Assembly: GCA_002633005.1 (NCBI GenBank)
Contig: NMRA01000092.1
Location: forward strand, 250,493 to 314,492
DNA: 64,000 bases
Direction: 5' to 3'
Origin: Phoronis australis
Lineage: Eukaryota; Animalia; Phoronida
The position numbers and the translations under genes were made by a program. The notes below the pieces were generated by a model that searched no databases, was not told the origin of the DNA, and worked only from the letters and a program-made list of their open reading frames with translations. Numbering within the stretch: position 1 is the first letter of the stretch; each line of letters opens with the position of its first letter. Below, in pieces: positions 62,746-64,000 of the stretch.

Positions 62746-63430
62746 CAGTGACGGATCTAAGATATCACAAGGGGGGCCCAACATTTTGTCCGGCTGTAAG
62801 CATTTGCGCAAACTGAACCACGATTGTAGATGCGCATAGCACCGAATGGGGGGAGGTCTGGAGGTTGGTTTGCCCCTCTCCCGCCCAGGAAATTTTTCTG
62901 TTTTTACCTCTAAAAATCAAGCATTTTCCTTGATTTCTGATGTATTATCCAAGAAAAAAGGCAAAAAAAGAAACACGGAGAACGTGTCACACAGGAAAAA
63001 CTGTGAGATTCACAGACTCGAACTCTCGACCTGGCTGACAGGACGCGCGTGCTTTAGCACTATACCACCACCACGTCACTATTAAACTTGAATTAAGAGA
63101 CCTACTTGTTTATGGTCCTCAGTGTTTGCGCTCTAAACCTACTTCTTTTTGTAATACTTATTACACGTTTTATATTTTGTGCATTCGGTTCTTAACAAAT
63201 TTGTTGTATTTAAAATAGTCTTCAAATGCCCAAAAGACCAAATCCGTTTTTCGTGTTGGCAATAATGACGGGATTGCTTTCGTATTAAGTTAAGGTTTGA
63301 CAAAGAGAGAATTAATGAGTTTCTGAGTGATTCACTAAGGCTTCGATTAAAATTCACATCTTACCAGCAGCTTCTGTTTTTGCGTCATCACTCAGGTTCC
63401 ATTTTCTTTNCCCCCCTAAATCCGCCTATG
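62746..63430. mobile_element. CAGTGRCGGATCT-type MITE with internal tRNA-like segment
   Basis: CAGTGACGGATCTAAG..GGGGGG at left, CCCCCCTAAATCCGCCTATG at right; N at 63410 makes pairing of the ends uncertain; minus strand 63075-63000 has A/B-box-like TGGTATAGTGCT and GAGTTCGAGTC. Confidence 0.45.
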
Positions 63431-64000
63431 TGTCCAAGTTAAGACCAAAGACCAAAATCAGATTTTTTGTTCATGAAACGGTCTTTTCTGAATATTCGTC
63501 TTTTTTCTTAACTCTGGCACATTTTTGGTCTAAGTCTTAAGTCAACCTAATGAAACTGGTCCTTGGTTTGTGTATTTTCCCGGCAACACAGGGCACCGTC
63601 ACAAGGATGCTACACACACAAAATAAGTACCATGTCTTTATTCTTCATGAAATATAATTAATATAATCGGGAATAATGTACACTACTCCCATATCAGCTA
63701 TTCCACAGACATTAGGCAAAAGTTCCGGATTATTTTCCATGCAAGCCAATTTGCCATATATCCATAACTCAAGCAGCAAGTGTCTTCATACAAAACCTGT
63801 ATGAAGGTCAATGTTTTCATTTTAACAAATATGTGACAATAATGTACGTTTCCACCATCAAAAATCTATGTTTTACGTGACCTTAATCCCAAACGCTGAT
63901 ACAATAGAGCTGAGGGGTGGTTTTATCAACTACACAGTTCATAAAATTAGTTCATGAAGGTGGTCCTTGATCAGGAATGCTGAGAAATAATGATAAAAAT

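Overview
AT-rich eukaryotic genomic DNA, apparently from an invertebrate animal (spliceosomal introns, many non-autonomous DNA transposons, one 111-N gap and several single-N joins). Four protein-coding loci are supported: (1) an 11-exon Dispatched/Patched-family RND (sterol-sensing domain) membrane protein on the minus strand (13733..1787, about 1126 aa); (2) a very divergent class A-like 7TM receptor on the plus strand (19755..20552, possibly spliced to 20890); (3) an 18-exon WDR6 on the minus strand (42363..25889) whose last three exons appear twice; (4) an intronless 486-aa orphan ORF (59597..61057) with an internal repeat and a truncated second copy. The rest is MITEs, a Mutator-type element with a 9-bp TSD, Helentron/DINE-1-like and Penelope remnants, minisatellites and short palindromes. 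The most unusual observations are a GA-AG (non-GT) first coding intron in WDR6, a 30-bp VNTR built from a WDR6 splice acceptor, the atypical 7TM receptor, and a young Mutator-like element abutting the terminus of an older relative. All alignments and splice phases were read by eye; no database search was run.
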